Shown: piece after piece, positions 11,699 to 22,288 of the stretch | Layout of the letters: every line of letters begins with the position of its first letter | Numbering within the stretch: the first letter of the stretch is position 1 | Origin: an uncultured Spirochaetota bacterium | GTDB taxonomy: Bacteria; Spirochaetota; UBA4802; UBA5550 | Length of the DNA stretch: 64,000 nucleotides | Assembly (NCBI GenBank): GCA_963827275.1 | Contig: CAWHAA010000009.1 | Location: 1-64,000, forward strand | Direction of reading: 5' to 3' | Translations under genes and position numbers: made by a program | The notes under the pieces: generated by a model | The model's input: the letters and a program-made list of their open reading frames with translations, nothing else | The model's database searches: none | What the model was told of the DNA's origin: nothing

Positions 11699-12541
11699 CT
11701 ACACCAGGATGAGGGCGGCCACCAGGTAGCCGACCGGGGCCGCGAGGAGAAGGCTGTCGAGGACGTCGAGGAAGCCGCCGATCTCCTTGAACAGGGCTCC
11801 GGAGTCCTTCACCCCGGCCCGTCTCTTCAGGAGCAATTCGAGGAGGTCGCCGATCTGGCCGGCGATGCAGGTCAGCACTCCGAAGACCAGCATGCCCCAC
11901 CACGTGAACCCGAACGGGATCCCGAGGCCGAGGCAGACGGCGAGCGAGCCGAGAAGGCACCCCGCGGCGCCCTCCCAGGTCTTCCTGGGGCTGATCCAGG
12001 TCAGCTTGTGCCGGCCTATCGTTCGGCCGACCAGGTAGGCGGTCGAATCCCCGACCTTCACCGAGAGCACGAGGAGGACCGTGAGTTGGAGCCCCTTCGG
12101 CAGGAGGCGGAGTTCGAGGAGGAACGAGAGGAGGAACCAGACGAGGAGGAGCCCGAAGGCGGTCACCGCGGCCCGCTCGAACTCCTCCCGGCCGTCCGCC
12201 TCACGCGCGCCCGCCCGGAACATGCTCGCCACCAGGGGGCCGGCCACGAAGCCCGCGAACAGCGTGAGCACCACGGCCATCGTCCGGAACGGGTCGAGCC
12301 CGGCGAGCGGCAGGAGCCCCCGGGCGAGGAAGAGGAACACGAGACCAGAGACCCCCACCACGGGCCAGGCGCTGAACCCGAGACGGCCGAGGAGCGGGTA
12401 GACCTCGGCCAGGGCGAGCGCGGAGACCGCGGTGAGCAGCAGCAGGGAGCCGAGGTGCGTCGAGAAGTGCCAGTCGACGAAGACCACCCCCAGGACGAAC
12501 GCGAAGACCGCGAGGGCGATGAGGACGCGCTGGAGGCTCAT
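11699..12541 (-). CDS. cdsA: Phosphatidate cytidylyltransferase
   Basis: Hydrophobic; ISPRKTWEG, GDL.E..LKR..GVKDSG, GGFLD; follows uppS. Confidence 0.9.
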   Translation of the reverse strand: MSLQRVLIALAVFAFVLGVVFVDWHFSTHLGSLLLLTAVSALALAEVYPLLGRLGFSAWPVVGVSGLVFLFLARGLLPLAGLDPFRTMAVVLTLFAGFVAGPLVASMFRAGAREADGREEFERAAVTAFGLLLVWFLLSFLLELRLLPKGLQLTVLLVLSVKVGDSTAYLVGRTIGRHKLTWISPRKTWEGAAGCLLGSLAVCLGLGIPFGFTWWGMLVFGVLTCIAGQIGDLLELLLKRRAGVKDSGALFKEIGGFLDVLDSLLLAAPVGYLVAALILV

Positions 12542-13290
12542 GGGGCTTCGGGGATGCCTCCATACCGGCGCTCGCGGCGCGTGAAGTCCCGGAGGGCATC
12601 GTGGAGGTGCTCCACCGTGAAGTCCGGCCAGAACACGGGAGTCACCCACAACTCCGAGTAGGCGATCTGCCAGAGCAGGAAGTTCGAGACGCTCATCTCG
12701 CCGCCCGTGCGGATGAGGAGGTCCGGATCGCTGAAGTCGCGGTCGTAGAGCCGCCGGCGAACCGCCTCCTCGTCCACGGAGGCGGGGTCGAGCCGACCGT
12801 CCCGCACCTCCTCGGCGATGCGGCGGGCGGCGTCGGCGATCTCCGCGCGACCGCCGTAGGCGAGGGCGAGGGTGAGCTTGAGCCCGGGATTCTCCCGGCT
12901 CCCCTCGATGGTCTTCGCGAGTTCTCTCCGCACCGCTTCGGGGAGTTCGGCGAGCCGACCGATCGCCCCGAACCGGATGCCGTTCTTCAGCAGCGTCTTC
13001 CGCTCCTTCACGAGGAACTGCCGGAGGAGTTTCATCAGGGTGCGGATCTCGGCCTTCGGGCGCTTCCAGTTCTCGCTGGAGAAGGCGTAAAGGGTGAGAC
13101 GCTCGAGCCCGATCCGGGCGCACTCGGTGACGATCCGGCGGACCGCGTCGCTGCCCGCCCGGTGGCCGAAGACGCGCCGCATCCCCTTCTGCCGGGCCCA
13201 GCGGCCGTTGCCGTCCATGATGATGGCGACGTGCCGGGGGAGATTCTCCCTCGGGACGGGGAGGTCCACGGGATCGGTAGCCTTCGTCAT
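12538..13290 (-). CDS. uppS: Undecaprenyl diphosphate synthase
   Basis: HVAIIMDGNGRWA, YAFSSENWKRP, IRTGGE, SNFLLWQ. Confidence 0.95.
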   Translation of the reverse strand: MTKATDPVDLPVPRENLPRHVAIIMDGNGRWARQKGMRRVFGHRAGSDAVRRIVTECARIGLERLTLYAFSSENWKRPKAEIRTLMKLLRQFLVKERKTLLKNGIRFGAIGRLAELPEAVRRELAKTIEGSRENPGLKLTLALAYGGRAEIADAARRIAEEVRDGRLDPASVDEEAVRRRLYDRDFSDPDLLIRTGGEMSVSNFLLWQIAYSELWVTPVFWPDFTVEHLHDALRDFTRRERRYGGIPEAP

Positions 13291-14564
13291 CAGGCCCTCC
13301 CGAGGACCTGCCCGCGCTCGGGTCCGACGCTGACGGTCCGGATCGGCACTCCCACGATCCGGGCGAGTTCCGAGAGGTAGTCCCGGGCCTCCACCGGCAG
13401 ATCGTCGAAGTCGCGCACCCCGCAGAGGTCCGCGGAGAAGCCGGGGAAGTCCCGGAAGACCGGCCGCGCGGATCGCTGGGCGGTGAGCGAAGCCGGGAAG
13501 TCCTCGACCCTTCGCCCGTCGATCTCGTACGCCACCGCGACCCGGATCGCGGGCAGGCCGCGGAGGACGTCGAGCTTCGTGATCGCCAGTTCGTCGAAGC
13601 CCGAGATGCGCGCCGCGTACCGCACCGCCACCGCGTCGAACCAGCCGCAGCGGCGGGGCCGGCCCGTCGTCGTCCCGAACTCCCGCCCGGCCTCGCGGAT
13701 CCGCTCCCCGACGGCCCCGGGGTCCTCGGTGGGGAAGGGGCCGTCCCCCACCCGGGTGCAGTAGGCTTTCGCCACGCCCACGAGCCGGTCGAGCCGGCGC
13801 GGGGAGAACCCGGCTCCGGAGCCCAGGCCCAGCACGGAGGCGTTCGACCCGGTCACGAAGGGGTAGGTGCCGGCGTCCACGTCCAGCATGAACCCCTGGG
13901 CGCCCTCGAAGAGCAGGCGCTCCCCGCGGTCGGCGGCCGAAAGGAGCACTCCGATGCCGTCGATCACCAGCGGCCGCAGCCGCTCGCGCCATCCCTCGTA
14001 CTCGGCGAGGACCGCCTCCGCCGAGAGGGGTTCCTGGCCGTAGACCCGGGTGAGGATCTCGTTCTTCGCGGCCAGTTCCGCCCGCAGGCGCTCCTCGAAC
14101 CACGGCGGGTCCATGAGGTCCGAGACCCGGATGCCGCGATAGGAGACCTTGTCCGCGTAGCAGGGGCCGATCCCCCGCCGGGTCGTCCCCGTGGCGCTGT
14201 CGCCCCGGGTCTCCTTCAGACCGTCGAGGAGCCGGTGCCAGGGCATGATCAGGTGCGCCCGGTCGGACACGAACAGCCGCCCCTCGACGGGGATCCCCCG
14301 CGCCGCGATCCCGTCCGCCTCGCGAAACAGGACGGTCGGGTCCACCACGACGCCCTGCGCGACCAGGCAGCGAAGCCCGGGGCGCACGATGCCCGAGGGG
14401 ATGAGGTGGAGCCGGAAGCTCTCCTCCCCCACGACCACGGTGTGGCCGGCGTTCGGACCGCCCTGGAAACGGACCACCCAGTCCGCGTCCGCGGAGAGGA
14501 TGTCCACGATCTTGGCTTTGCCTTCGTCGCCCCACTGGGCGCCTACGACACAGACGCTCGGCAT
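13290..14564 (-). CDS. purA: Adenylosuccinate synthetase
   Basis: GAQWGDEGK, GGPNAGHT, EGAQG, GTTTGRPRRCGW. Confidence 0.96.
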   Translation of the reverse strand: MPSVCVVGAQWGDEGKAKIVDILSADADWVVRFQGGPNAGHTVVVGEESFRLHLIPSGIVRPGLRCLVAQGVVVDPTVLFREADGIAARGIPVEGRLFVSDRAHLIMPWHRLLDGLKETRGDSATGTTRRGIGPCYADKVSYRGIRVSDLMDPPWFEERLRAELAAKNEILTRVYGQEPLSAEAVLAEYEGWRERLRPLVIDGIGVLLSAADRGERLLFEGAQGFMLDVDAGTYPFVTGSNASVLGLGSGAGFSPRRLDRLVGVAKAYCTRVGDGPFPTEDPGAVGERIREAGREFGTTTGRPRRCGWFDAVAVRYAARISGFDELAITKLDVLRGLPAIRVAVAYEIDGRRVEDFPASLTAQRSARPVFRDFPGFSADLCGVRDFDDLPVEARDYLSELARIVGVPIRTVSVGPERGQVLGRA

Positions 14565-14836
14565 TCGGTCGGCCTCTCTCCCCCCGCGACGACCCAGACG
14601 GAGGAGGGTATCCGCCCCATCGCCCCCCGGCACGCTTTTTCGCCCTCCCGGCCGGCAGCCCGTCGCCGGGAGCTTCCGCGCGGTTGGAGGTCTTACGGCG
14701 ACGGGCTGCCGGCATGGAACGACTTGTAACGGCTCACCTTCAGGCCCACCAGACAATGCGAACCGGCGGTCGCCTTCCCACGATCGGGTGCATCGACGGG
14801 CCGCGCCAGCGCTGATGCGGGGATGCGCTCCGCGCG

Positions 14837-15420
14837 TCAGTCCCTTCGGAGCCAGGTGGTGAGCGGGAAGTAGCGGATCGTGCCACGCCGCCCGAACCGC
14901 GACGCCTCCTCCTCGCCCGAGACGTCCCCGGTGAGCACGAGAAGATCGTCGCAGCCGAGTTCCGCGCCCGCCTTCAGTAGGGCGCGCACTTCGCGGGGCC
15001 TGGTCTCCGCCGCCTCGAAGCGCGCGCAGACCTGGATCAGATGAGTCACGCGCGTCCCCTCCTTCACCACGAAGTCCACCTCCGCTCCATCGCTCGAGCG
15101 GTAGAAGAACACCTGGCATCGCCCGGAGAGCGCGCGGCGGTGGAGATCGATCGCCACGAGGTTCTCGTAGAGCTGCCCCGTGCCGGGACTGGCTCGGAAC
15201 GCGGCGGCGGAGATGAAGCCGTTGTCCACGCAGTAGACCTTGCGGTTCGCGGTGCGCTGTTCCCGCACCTTGAACGAGAAATCGAGGCACCCGGAAGAAC
15301 AGGAACGCCTCCTCGAGGTGGCGCAGGTACTTCTCCCCCGTGTGCGGGCTCCGGCACTTCGTCAGCAGAGCGAGCGAGCGTGAGGAGGTCTCGCGGCCGG
15401 CGTTCGCGAGCAGGTAACCT
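14837..15420 (-). CDS. AAA ATPase with DUF4143-like C-terminus (5' truncated)
   Basis: KVYCVDNG, LYENLV, EVDFV, IQVC motifs; ends at the GC junction near 15420. Confidence 0.7.
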
Positions 15421-15554
15421 GTTCGGGGGTCAGTTTCTTGAAATCTACGTCTTTAAGTAATTCCTTGATAATTTCATCTTTGTCCATAGCCATATCATGC
15501 TCCTTGTATATTAAATATTGATATAGCTATTTACACAAATCTTTTTACACTCTC
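15421..15554 (-). mobile_element. Left end and transposase start of an IS256-family element (truncated)
   Basis: Minus-strand end GAGAGTGTAAAAAGATTTGTGTAA, RBS AAGGAG, then MAMDKDEIIKELLKDVDFKKLTPE from 15493. Confidence 0.65.
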
Positions 15555-15746
15555 TACCCGCTCCGCTCCTATGCGGGCTTGGGCCGCCTGCGGTGCGCTG
15601 TGATAGTGTCAATAATCTTTCGCTTTTTTTCTTTGTCCTCTAACTGACGTTACTTCCTATGCTATATCAATTAGTAAATCTTTAAGATGATCCATGTTAA
15701 GATATCTTTTCGCACCCCATGAAGAAGATGTAATGCTCCCCAATTG

Positions 15747-16571
15747 TCAAGCCACTTGACATGATTGTTGATCCCTATATTCTTTCGGACTCATATATCC
15801 CAATGATTGATGCGGACGTCCCGTATTATACCAGTCAATCCACTTTGTAATCACCCGCTTTGCTTCGGCAAATGATGAAAAATTATGCTGCCAGACACAT
15901 TCTTCTTTCAAACTCCGGAAGAACCTTTCAATTATGCCGTTTTGCTCTGGAGTATAAGGTGTAATATATTCCTGGGTCAAATTGTACTGACGGCATGCGG
16001 CACGAAAACGGCGACTCTGGAATATCAAGCCATTATCACTTCTGACTACGGGTGTATCACCTTTCGGGCGAAGAGTACCAAAACGATTCAGACACGCATC
16101 CTCAATGGCGCGTTCCGCCTCCCGAGCTCTGCCGCGCAGAGAGAATTCATTGCCGATCAGCTCGCGGTCATGGCAATCAATGACAGCGGCAAGATGTCCC
16201 CAGCCATCTTGCCCGCAATATACATGCGTTAAATCCATCGCCCAGCGGGTATTACTCTTTTCGCTCCGACTCCTGATTGCCTTGACCCTCGGTTTCGGCG
16301 TAACCGTCCGATGCTGTACGAACCACCGATTTTTCACGAAAATACGATAGATTTTCTTCCTGTTCACAATAATACCCTCTCGAAAATACAACATCGCCCA
16401 GATGCGGCGATATCCAAAGGTCGGATATTCCTTGATCAATTCCTTCATCCTCGATTCAAGGGCGGTATCATCGGGTTTCACTTTCATTACCCGGGACCTT
16501 CGTTTTGTAAGTACCGACCGTGAGACTTCCAGCATGAGGCAGATACGCCGGTATGATGCGCCGGGGATCAT
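15747..16571 (-). CDS. IS3 OrfB (DDE integrase core)
   Basis: GYRRI, WAMD, RSDNG, PEQNGIIERFFRSLKEE, YN..RPH. Confidence 0.93.
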   Translation of the reverse strand: MIPGASYRRICLMLEVSRSVLTKRRSRVMKVKPDDTALESRMKELIKEYPTFGYRRIWAMLYFREGIIVNRKKIYRIFVKNRWFVQHRTVTPKPRVKAIRSRSEKSNTRWAMDLTHVYCGQDGWGHLAAVIDCHDRELIGNEFSLRGRAREAERAIEDACLNRFGTLRPKGDTPVVRSDNGLIFQSRRFRAACRQYNLTQEYITPYTPEQNGIIERFFRSLKEECVWQHNFSSFAEAKRVITKWIDWYNTGRPHQSLGYMSPKEYRDQQSCQVA

Positions 16572-16576
16572 CTCCT

Positions 16577-16906
16577 TTACTCCTCTGATGACCCCGGCGT
16601 CGTAGGGCGGATCTTTTGTGCCGCCTTGAGTATATCCATGTCCATTACCAGCTGGCCGACCTTGCGCTCAAGTTTCTTGATCTGCTCGTCCTTGAGAGCT
16701 TCTTCGTCTTTGGGGCGTATTCTCAATGCGTTTTCCGCACCTAAGAGAAAACGATCTTTCCATTCCTCAATTTCTGCGACGGTTAATCCGTTTTGTCTGG
16801 CTGCTTCCTGGCTTGAGATATCCCCTTTCAGAATGCTCAATACCAGTGCCGTTTTTCTTTTGGTTGTCCATCTCTGGGCACTTTCGTTTTCTTGATCTTT
16901 TTCCAT
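16577..16906 (-). CDS. IS3 OrfA (HTH)
   Basis: HTH plus coiled coil; OrfB lies in the -1 frame. Confidence 0.88.
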   Translation of the reverse strand: MEKDQENESAQRWTTKRKTALVLSILKGDISSQEAARQNGLTVAEIEEWKDRFLLGAENALRIRPKDEEALKDEQIKKLERKVGQLVMDMDILKAAQKIRPTTPGSSEE

Positions 16907-18333
16907 GATATTGCCTCTCTATTGACATTATATCATGTCTTATGGGTGGTTTGTCAAGTCAGGGGAGCAGTATAAAGATGCAATATACCTCAGCCGAGCC
17001 GCGACCAGCATCAAGGCCGATTCGCCATCAGGAAATGCTCCGACAACACGAGTACGTCTTCTCACCTCTTTCAGTATTCGTTCCAATGGATTATTGGTCC
17101 TGATTCTTCTCCTGTGCTCATGGGGAAAATCATAATAACTCAATGTCTCATCGATCGATTCAGCTACCAGTTCCGCTGCTTTTTGCAATTTCATCTCTTT
17201 GAGCTTCTCAACCACCTTCTGGGATTTCTCCCGGGCGGCCTGCTTGTCCTCCTGGGCATGAATGGCTTTCAGCATCGTAGCAACCATCTTTACCTTGCCA
17301 TGAGGCACCATAGTAAATACATTCCGATAGAAATGAACGATACAACGCTGCCATTTCGCTTCAGGATAAAAATGTGCAAGGCTTTCGACAAGACCAAGGC
17401 TTTTATCGGAAACAAACAACCGGACGCCTGTTAAACCCCGATCTTTCAAATACCGCAAGAATCCCTGCCAGCTCTCTTTATCTTCTTTGGCTCCTTCGGC
17501 TACCCCTAAAATCTCTCTGAAACCCTCGGAATTGACCCCAAATGCTATTAACACCGATATATTGCGTACTTCGCCACCCCAGCTTCTCTTAAGCCATATG
17601 CCGTCGAGATATACGTAGGCATAGGATCCTGTAATCTTCCTATTCCGCCATGTCTCAATATGCTGGTATACCTTCTTGTTTAAATTGCTTATGGTGCCTG
17701 GCGAAACCTTTGTTCCCCAGAGTGCTTCAGTAATATCTTCAATCCGCCTTACTGATACCCCGGCCAGATACATTTCTACCAGGGACTCTTCTACGGAGAT
17801 TTCACGCCGTTTATATCGCTCAATGATCGCCGTATCGAATGGCAAAGTCCTCAGTTTGGGCATCTTCAGGCTTACTTCTCCAGCCTTAGTATGAAATTTT
17901 CGCTCATAATAGCCAGCCCTGGTATCTTTTCTCTCAGTTGTATGCTCATACTTCTGGGCATTACAGATTGCATCTGCTTCGGCATCAAGCAGGGTATTGA
18001 GTGTTTCTTCCACAGTTCCTCTGACAAATTCTCCCAAATGTTGCTTGATTTTTTCCTCGTTCACCTCGATAATCTTATCAGCTTTCATAAAAGTCCTCCT
18101 CCTGACGTTTTTAAGTGTGGTAATTTAATTTTCGTCAGTTAGAGGACTTTTTTATTGCATGAAAAATGTGCGAAAGATACTATACGTTATCCTCCTCGGC
18201 GGACTTAGGCCGCCTGCGGTCGCCGCTTCCGTAGCGGAGGGTAAAAGCCGCCTGCTTGCTGCACCCCAAACATAGCGTGATGTTACGCTAATCAGCCATC
18301 AAAAATGTCCGCCCAAAGGGCGGACAGACCTAT

Positions 18334-18460
18334 AGGGGAGGATGTCTGAGCCGAGTCCGGCGAAGCCGGCGAGGCGAGTTCTCCCCGAAGCCCGTCGCGG
18401 CGTTTGAGCGACCACGCGGGGGGTTCATAGGGGGGCCGTCGTGCAACGGCCCCCCTATGC
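18334..18460. repeat. REP-like GC-rich palindromic element downstream of serS
   Basis: GGGGAGGATGTCTGAG...GAGTTCTCCCC and hairpin CATAGGGGGGGCCGT-CGTGCA-ACGGCCCCCCTATG. Confidence 0.55.
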
Positions 18461-18517
18461 CATGCACCCGGCTCCCGGGTACAACCCTCTGCCCCGGGGG
18501 GGGGCATCATCGAACAA

Positions 18518-19776
18518 TCATTCCATGTACTTCTTTAACGCCTGGGGAATATCGATAGTACCGCCTTCGCGGTCTGGTAGTTCTCCATCACCGCCGCGAG
18601 CGTCCTGCCGGCCGCCAGGCCCGACCCGTTCAGGGTGTGCACGAACTCCGGCTTTGCGCCCGCTTCCCTCCGGAAGCGTATCTTCGCGCGCCGCGCCTGG
18701 TAGTCGGTGAAGCAGGAGCAGGAGGATATCTCCACGTACCGGTCAAGGCCGGGCATCCAGACCTCGATGTCGTAGGTCTTGGCGGACGAGGCCGAGGTAT
18801 CGGCACTGCAGAGAAGCACCACGCGGTAGTGGAGGTTCAGCTTCTGGAGCACCTCCTCCGCGTCGCGGGTGAGCGTCTCCAGCTCGTCGAACGATGTTGC
18901 CGGGTCGGCGAACTTGACCATCTCGACCTTCTGGAACTGGTGCACGCGTATCAGGCCGCGGGTGTCCTTGCCCGCGGCCCCCGCCTCGCGGCGGAAGCAG
19001 GACGACTGCATGGTGATCTTTATCGGCAGGGGGCCCTCCAGTATCTCGTCGCGGTAGAGGTTGGTGAGCGGCACCTCCGCCGTGGGGATGAGCGAGAGGC
19101 CGTCGCGCTCGATGCGGTAGTATTCGTCCTTGAATTTCGGGAACTGGCCGGTGCCGGTCATGCTCTCGTCGTTCACGATGAAGGGGCCGAAGACCTCGGT
19201 GTAGCCGTGCTCCTTCGTGTGGAGGTCGAGCATCAGGTTGATGATGGCCCGCTCCATGCGGGCGGCAAGCCCCTTGTACACGTAGAAGCGGGCCCCGGCG
19301 AGCTTCACGCCCCGCTCGAAGTCGAGTATGTCAAGCTCCGTGCCCAGGTCGTAGTGGGGCCTGGGCGCGAACGGGAAGTTCGGCTTTTCGCCCCAGGTGC
19401 GGACCACGGGGTTGTCGGCCTCGCTCGTGCCGGCGGGGACCGACGCGTCCAGAAAGTTCGGGACGGAGAGGTGCAGCTCGGTGAATTCTGCGTCCAGCTC
19501 CGTGAGCCGGTCGTTGCACTGTTTGATCTCCTCGGTGAACCCCTGGGACTGCTTCATCAGATCGTCGGCGTTTTCCTTCTTCGCCTTCTTCTGGCCGATC
19601 TCCTTCGACAGCTTGTTCTTCTTTTCCCGCGCCTCGTCAGATTTCCTGATAAGCGAGCGGCGCTCGTCATTCATGGCCTTGAGCCGGTCGAGGTCAACCG
19701 CGTGCGTCATCCCCCGTACTTCGAGGAGCTTCTTGATGCCTTCGATGTCTTCTTTGATGAATTTTGGGTCGATCAT
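18518..19776 (-). CDS. serS: Serine--tRNA ligase (1-nt indel near 18570)
   Basis: [33 protein letters not shown]; shifted frame gives [15 protein letters not shown]. Confidence 0.95.
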
Positions 19777-20076
19777 GGCCGTACTCCGTGAGCGGTGAGG
19801 GGCGTCCGCGGCGCGCCCTCTGCCGCAGGGATATAAAAAAAGATCACTACCAGAAAATCGGCATTCTGGAATTTGTCAAGAGGGAAAAGGGGGGATGGCG
19901 CGCGGCACGACGGGGCCCTCCCCGGTAAAAAAGGATTGCCTTGTTTTTCTTCCATGATAGGGTGATGGACAGGGAACAGGCGGAGAGTGCATATACGCGC
20001 GTAATGATGTTACTGTGCGCGCATCTCACGGCCACGGGCGTTAATTGATTTGTAACATGCAGGAAAGAAAAATATG

Positions 20077-20149
20077 TGGTCAGGGGCGGAATCGAACCGT
20101 CGACACGTGGATTTTCAGTCCACTGCTCTACCGACTGAGCTACCTGACC
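20077..20149 (-). tRNA. tRNA-Phe(GAA)
   Basis: GGTCAGGTAGCTCAGTCGGTAGAGCAGTGGACTGAAAATCCACGTGTCGACGGTTCGATTCCGCCCCTGACCA; cloverleaf, CCA not encoded. Confidence 0.97.
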
Positions 20150-20187
20150 ACTTGAAAAACGATACACAGATATTATACCGGCGAAAA

Positions 20188-21135
20188 ATGTCAATAATAA
20201 AATACGCATTAATTTTTGCGGCGACCGCGGCGACGCTGGCCGCGGGGGGCAGGGACCAGGCCGGTCACTCATGGGAATACTACTATGAGAAGGCGCAGGT
20301 CCAGTACCGCGGTGAGATGCTGGACTATGCCATCTTCAGCCTGCTGCGCTGCCTTGATCTCAATCCCCGCAGCTTCAAGGCGGCCAACCTCATGGCGGAG
20401 GTCTATGCCCGCAAGAACATGAAGGACCGGGCGCTCGACTACTACCTCGTCTCGCTCGGGATAAACGACCGGCAGGCCGATATACATCATGCCGCGGGCG
20501 AGCTGTATGAATTTTTTGCTGATCGGGACCTTGCCTTCACGCATTACACGAGGGCGGTGGCGATCGAGCCGGACCATATCAGGGCGAACTGCAGCCTGGT
20601 GCGGATCTATTTCGCGAAAAAGGACCCGGGGGCCGCGCGCCGCCATTTCGAGACAAGCTACCGGCTGGGGAAGGCCGCGGCCGGCGCGCTCCTGTCGAAA
20701 GCGGACGAAGCCAGCGCCGGGGGCGATACGGACGGCGCCGCGGCCCTGTACGCGCGGGTGATAGAAGTGGCGCCGGCGACGGTCGAGGCGTACCTCGGCC
20801 TGTACGAGGCGCACCGGCGGAAGAATGAATACGCGAAGGCCGCGGCGGTGATGGAGAAGCTCGCCTTCGTAAAGCCCGACCACGAAAAGGCCTACCTGCT
20901 GCTCGGCTACGTGTATTTCACGCAGAAACTGCCGGGCAGGCGCGCCTACTTCCTTGACCGGGCCGTCGCCTGTTACCGGAAGGCCTTTGACCTGAATCCC
21001 GATAATTACGAGGCCTGCTACAATATCGCCGAGATCTATGAGTATATCGGCCGTGACCTTGACGCGCGCTCGTGGAAGGAGAAGGGCCTGGCGGCCGAGG
21101 ACGCGGTTGAAAAGAAGCGGCAGCGGGGCCGGTGA
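20188..21135 (+). CDS. Secreted TPR protein
   Basis: Signal-like N-terminus and multiple TPR-like repeats; the longer ORF start overlaps the tRNA. Confidence 0.8.
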   Translation: MSIIKYALIFAATAATLAAGGRDQAGHSWEYYYEKAQVQYRGEMLDYAIFSLLRCLDLNPRSFKAANLMAEVYARKNMKDRALDYYLVSLGINDRQADIHHAAGELYEFFADRDLAFTHYTRAVAIEPDHIRANCSLVRIYFAKKDPGAARRHFETSYRLGKAAAGALLSKADEASAGGDTDGAAALYARVIEVAPATVEAYLGLYEAHRRKNEYAKAAAVMEKLAFVKPDHEKAYLLLGYVYFTQKLPGRRAYFLDRAVACYRKAFDLNPDNYEACYNIAEIYEYIGRDLDARSWKEKGLAAEDAVEKKRQRGR

Positions 21136-21305
21136 CCCGGCGGTCAGGCGAGGGTCGCCCAGGACCTGCCGGATTTTTTTATGACGCCGATCTCCCGGGT
21201 TATTTCGTCCAGTATCCGCGGCCCGGAACCCGGATAGAAAAACGAGACGTTCACGAGGTTGATAAGCGCGGTTTTTTCCATTGATGGTGTTTCCGCCGGG
21301 GCGCC

Positions 21306-22184
21306 TTACCGGCCCTCCGCCTTCAGTATGGCATCGCGCCAGGCGCGCGCGCAGAGCTCGAGGCCGCGGTGTGAAAGGTGGACCTTCTCCCAGCTGTTCC
21401 CGCTGTCTCCGTAGAGGATGTCATTATCGGCCCCGGGGAAAATCCCGCGGTCCGGGTCCGCCAGCCCCGTCTGGGCCTCATGGATGTCGGGATTGACGCC
21501 GGCGTGGCTGAAGGTCGCCGGCGCGACGAAGATGGGGGCGTCCACGCCGTTATCGCGTATGCTCTTCAGCATCGCCATGAAATTATTCCGGTACGCGTCC
21601 CTGTTCGCCGCGTCGCCGCGTGTCCTTTGTTCCGAGCCGCCCTGGACCCAGAGCAGGTGCGTGATGCGCAGGCCGCGTGACCGCGCTTCCCCGATCGCGT
21701 TCGTGATGCGCCGGTGCAGGTATCCCCCCGCGGTCCACTGGCTGATCGTCGTCGTGCCCACCCCGATGGGGATGAATACCACCGCGTCATACCGGCCGCT
21801 CGCGACCAGCAGGTCGCCCAGCCGCGACCAGACGCTGCCCCGGTCTCCCGTGGGCCCGAGGAGGGGGTCTTCCGCCTTGTAGCAGCGTCCCCTGAAGAAA
21901 TTGTACACGGGCCGTTCCGGCCTGTAGAGGGTCTCGCCGTGGTTCCCGGAATTCGACTGCCCGAACGCCAGCGCCACCATCGTCCGTTTTCCCGGGGCAG
22001 GCGCGCAGGGCACCTCCGTTTTTCCCGAGGTGTCGCTGAAGCCGATGGAAAGCGGGAAGAGATGGTTCTTGATCGCGAGGAGCTGCGGATAGGGCGGGAG
22101 GTAGTCCCGGTGCGAATAGAGCCCGTACAGGTACCCGGCGGTGAGGGAGAGTAATAATAGTATTATAACAAAGAAATTTTTCAT
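21306..22184 (-). CDS. SGNH/SASA-type acetylesterase
   Basis: GQSN nucleophile motif, WVQG, late His (VHLS). Confidence 0.72.
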   Translation of the reverse strand: MKNFFVIILLLLSLTAGYLYGLYSHRDYLPPYPQLLAIKNHLFPLSIGFSDTSGKTEVPCAPAPGKRTMVALAFGQSNSGNHGETLYRPERPVYNFFRGRCYKAEDPLLGPTGDRGSVWSRLGDLLVASGRYDAVVFIPIGVGTTTISQWTAGGYLHRRITNAIGEARSRGLRITHLLWVQGGSEQRTRGDAANRDAYRNNFMAMLKSIRDNGVDAPIFVAPATFSHAGVNPDIHEAQTGLADPDRGIFPGADNDILYGDSGNSWEKVHLSHRGLELCARAWRDAILKAEGR

Positions 22185-22288
22185 GACTCACCTGACTATT
22201 TTATCATGGCAGGGGATGTTTCTGCTAATCGTTTTTCAATTGTCATGTGCGATCAGGCATCGTTTTGCGCGCCCCCCGGGGACGGGGG

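Larger units (their letters stand above)
15729..16974 (-). mobile_element. IS3-family insertion sequence
   Basis: IRs TGTAATGCTCCCC / GGGGAGCAGTATA; 4-bp direct repeat AAGA at 15725-15728 and 16975-16978. Confidence 0.92.
15657..18088 (-). pseudogene. IS256-family (mutator) transposase split near its C-terminus
   Basis: YVYLDG, FVSD, WQRCIVHF, RTNNPLE; removing the IS3 restores ...RLRYIASSSWGAKRYLNMDHLKDLLIDIA*. Confidence 0.88.
15602..18191 (-). mobile_element. IS256-family element interrupted by an IS3-family element
   Basis: Imperfect IRs GATAGTGTCAATAATCTTTCGC (15602) and GCGAAAGATACTATACGTTATC (18170-18191); sub-terminal IR CGTCAGTTAGAGGAC at both ends. Confidence 0.85.

Noticed and set aside
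978..15420. GC-rich genomic island inserted into leuD
   Set aside because: It holds core housekeeping genes, has no integrase, and leuD does not resume afterwards
18518..19776. serS and other frameshifted genes as pseudogenes or programmed frameshifts
   Set aside because: Scattered indels in essential genes with otherwise intact motifs point to sequencing error
20074..20187. N-terminal extension of the TPR gene
   Set aside because: Antisense to tRNA-Phe; the ATG at 20188 gives a signal peptide
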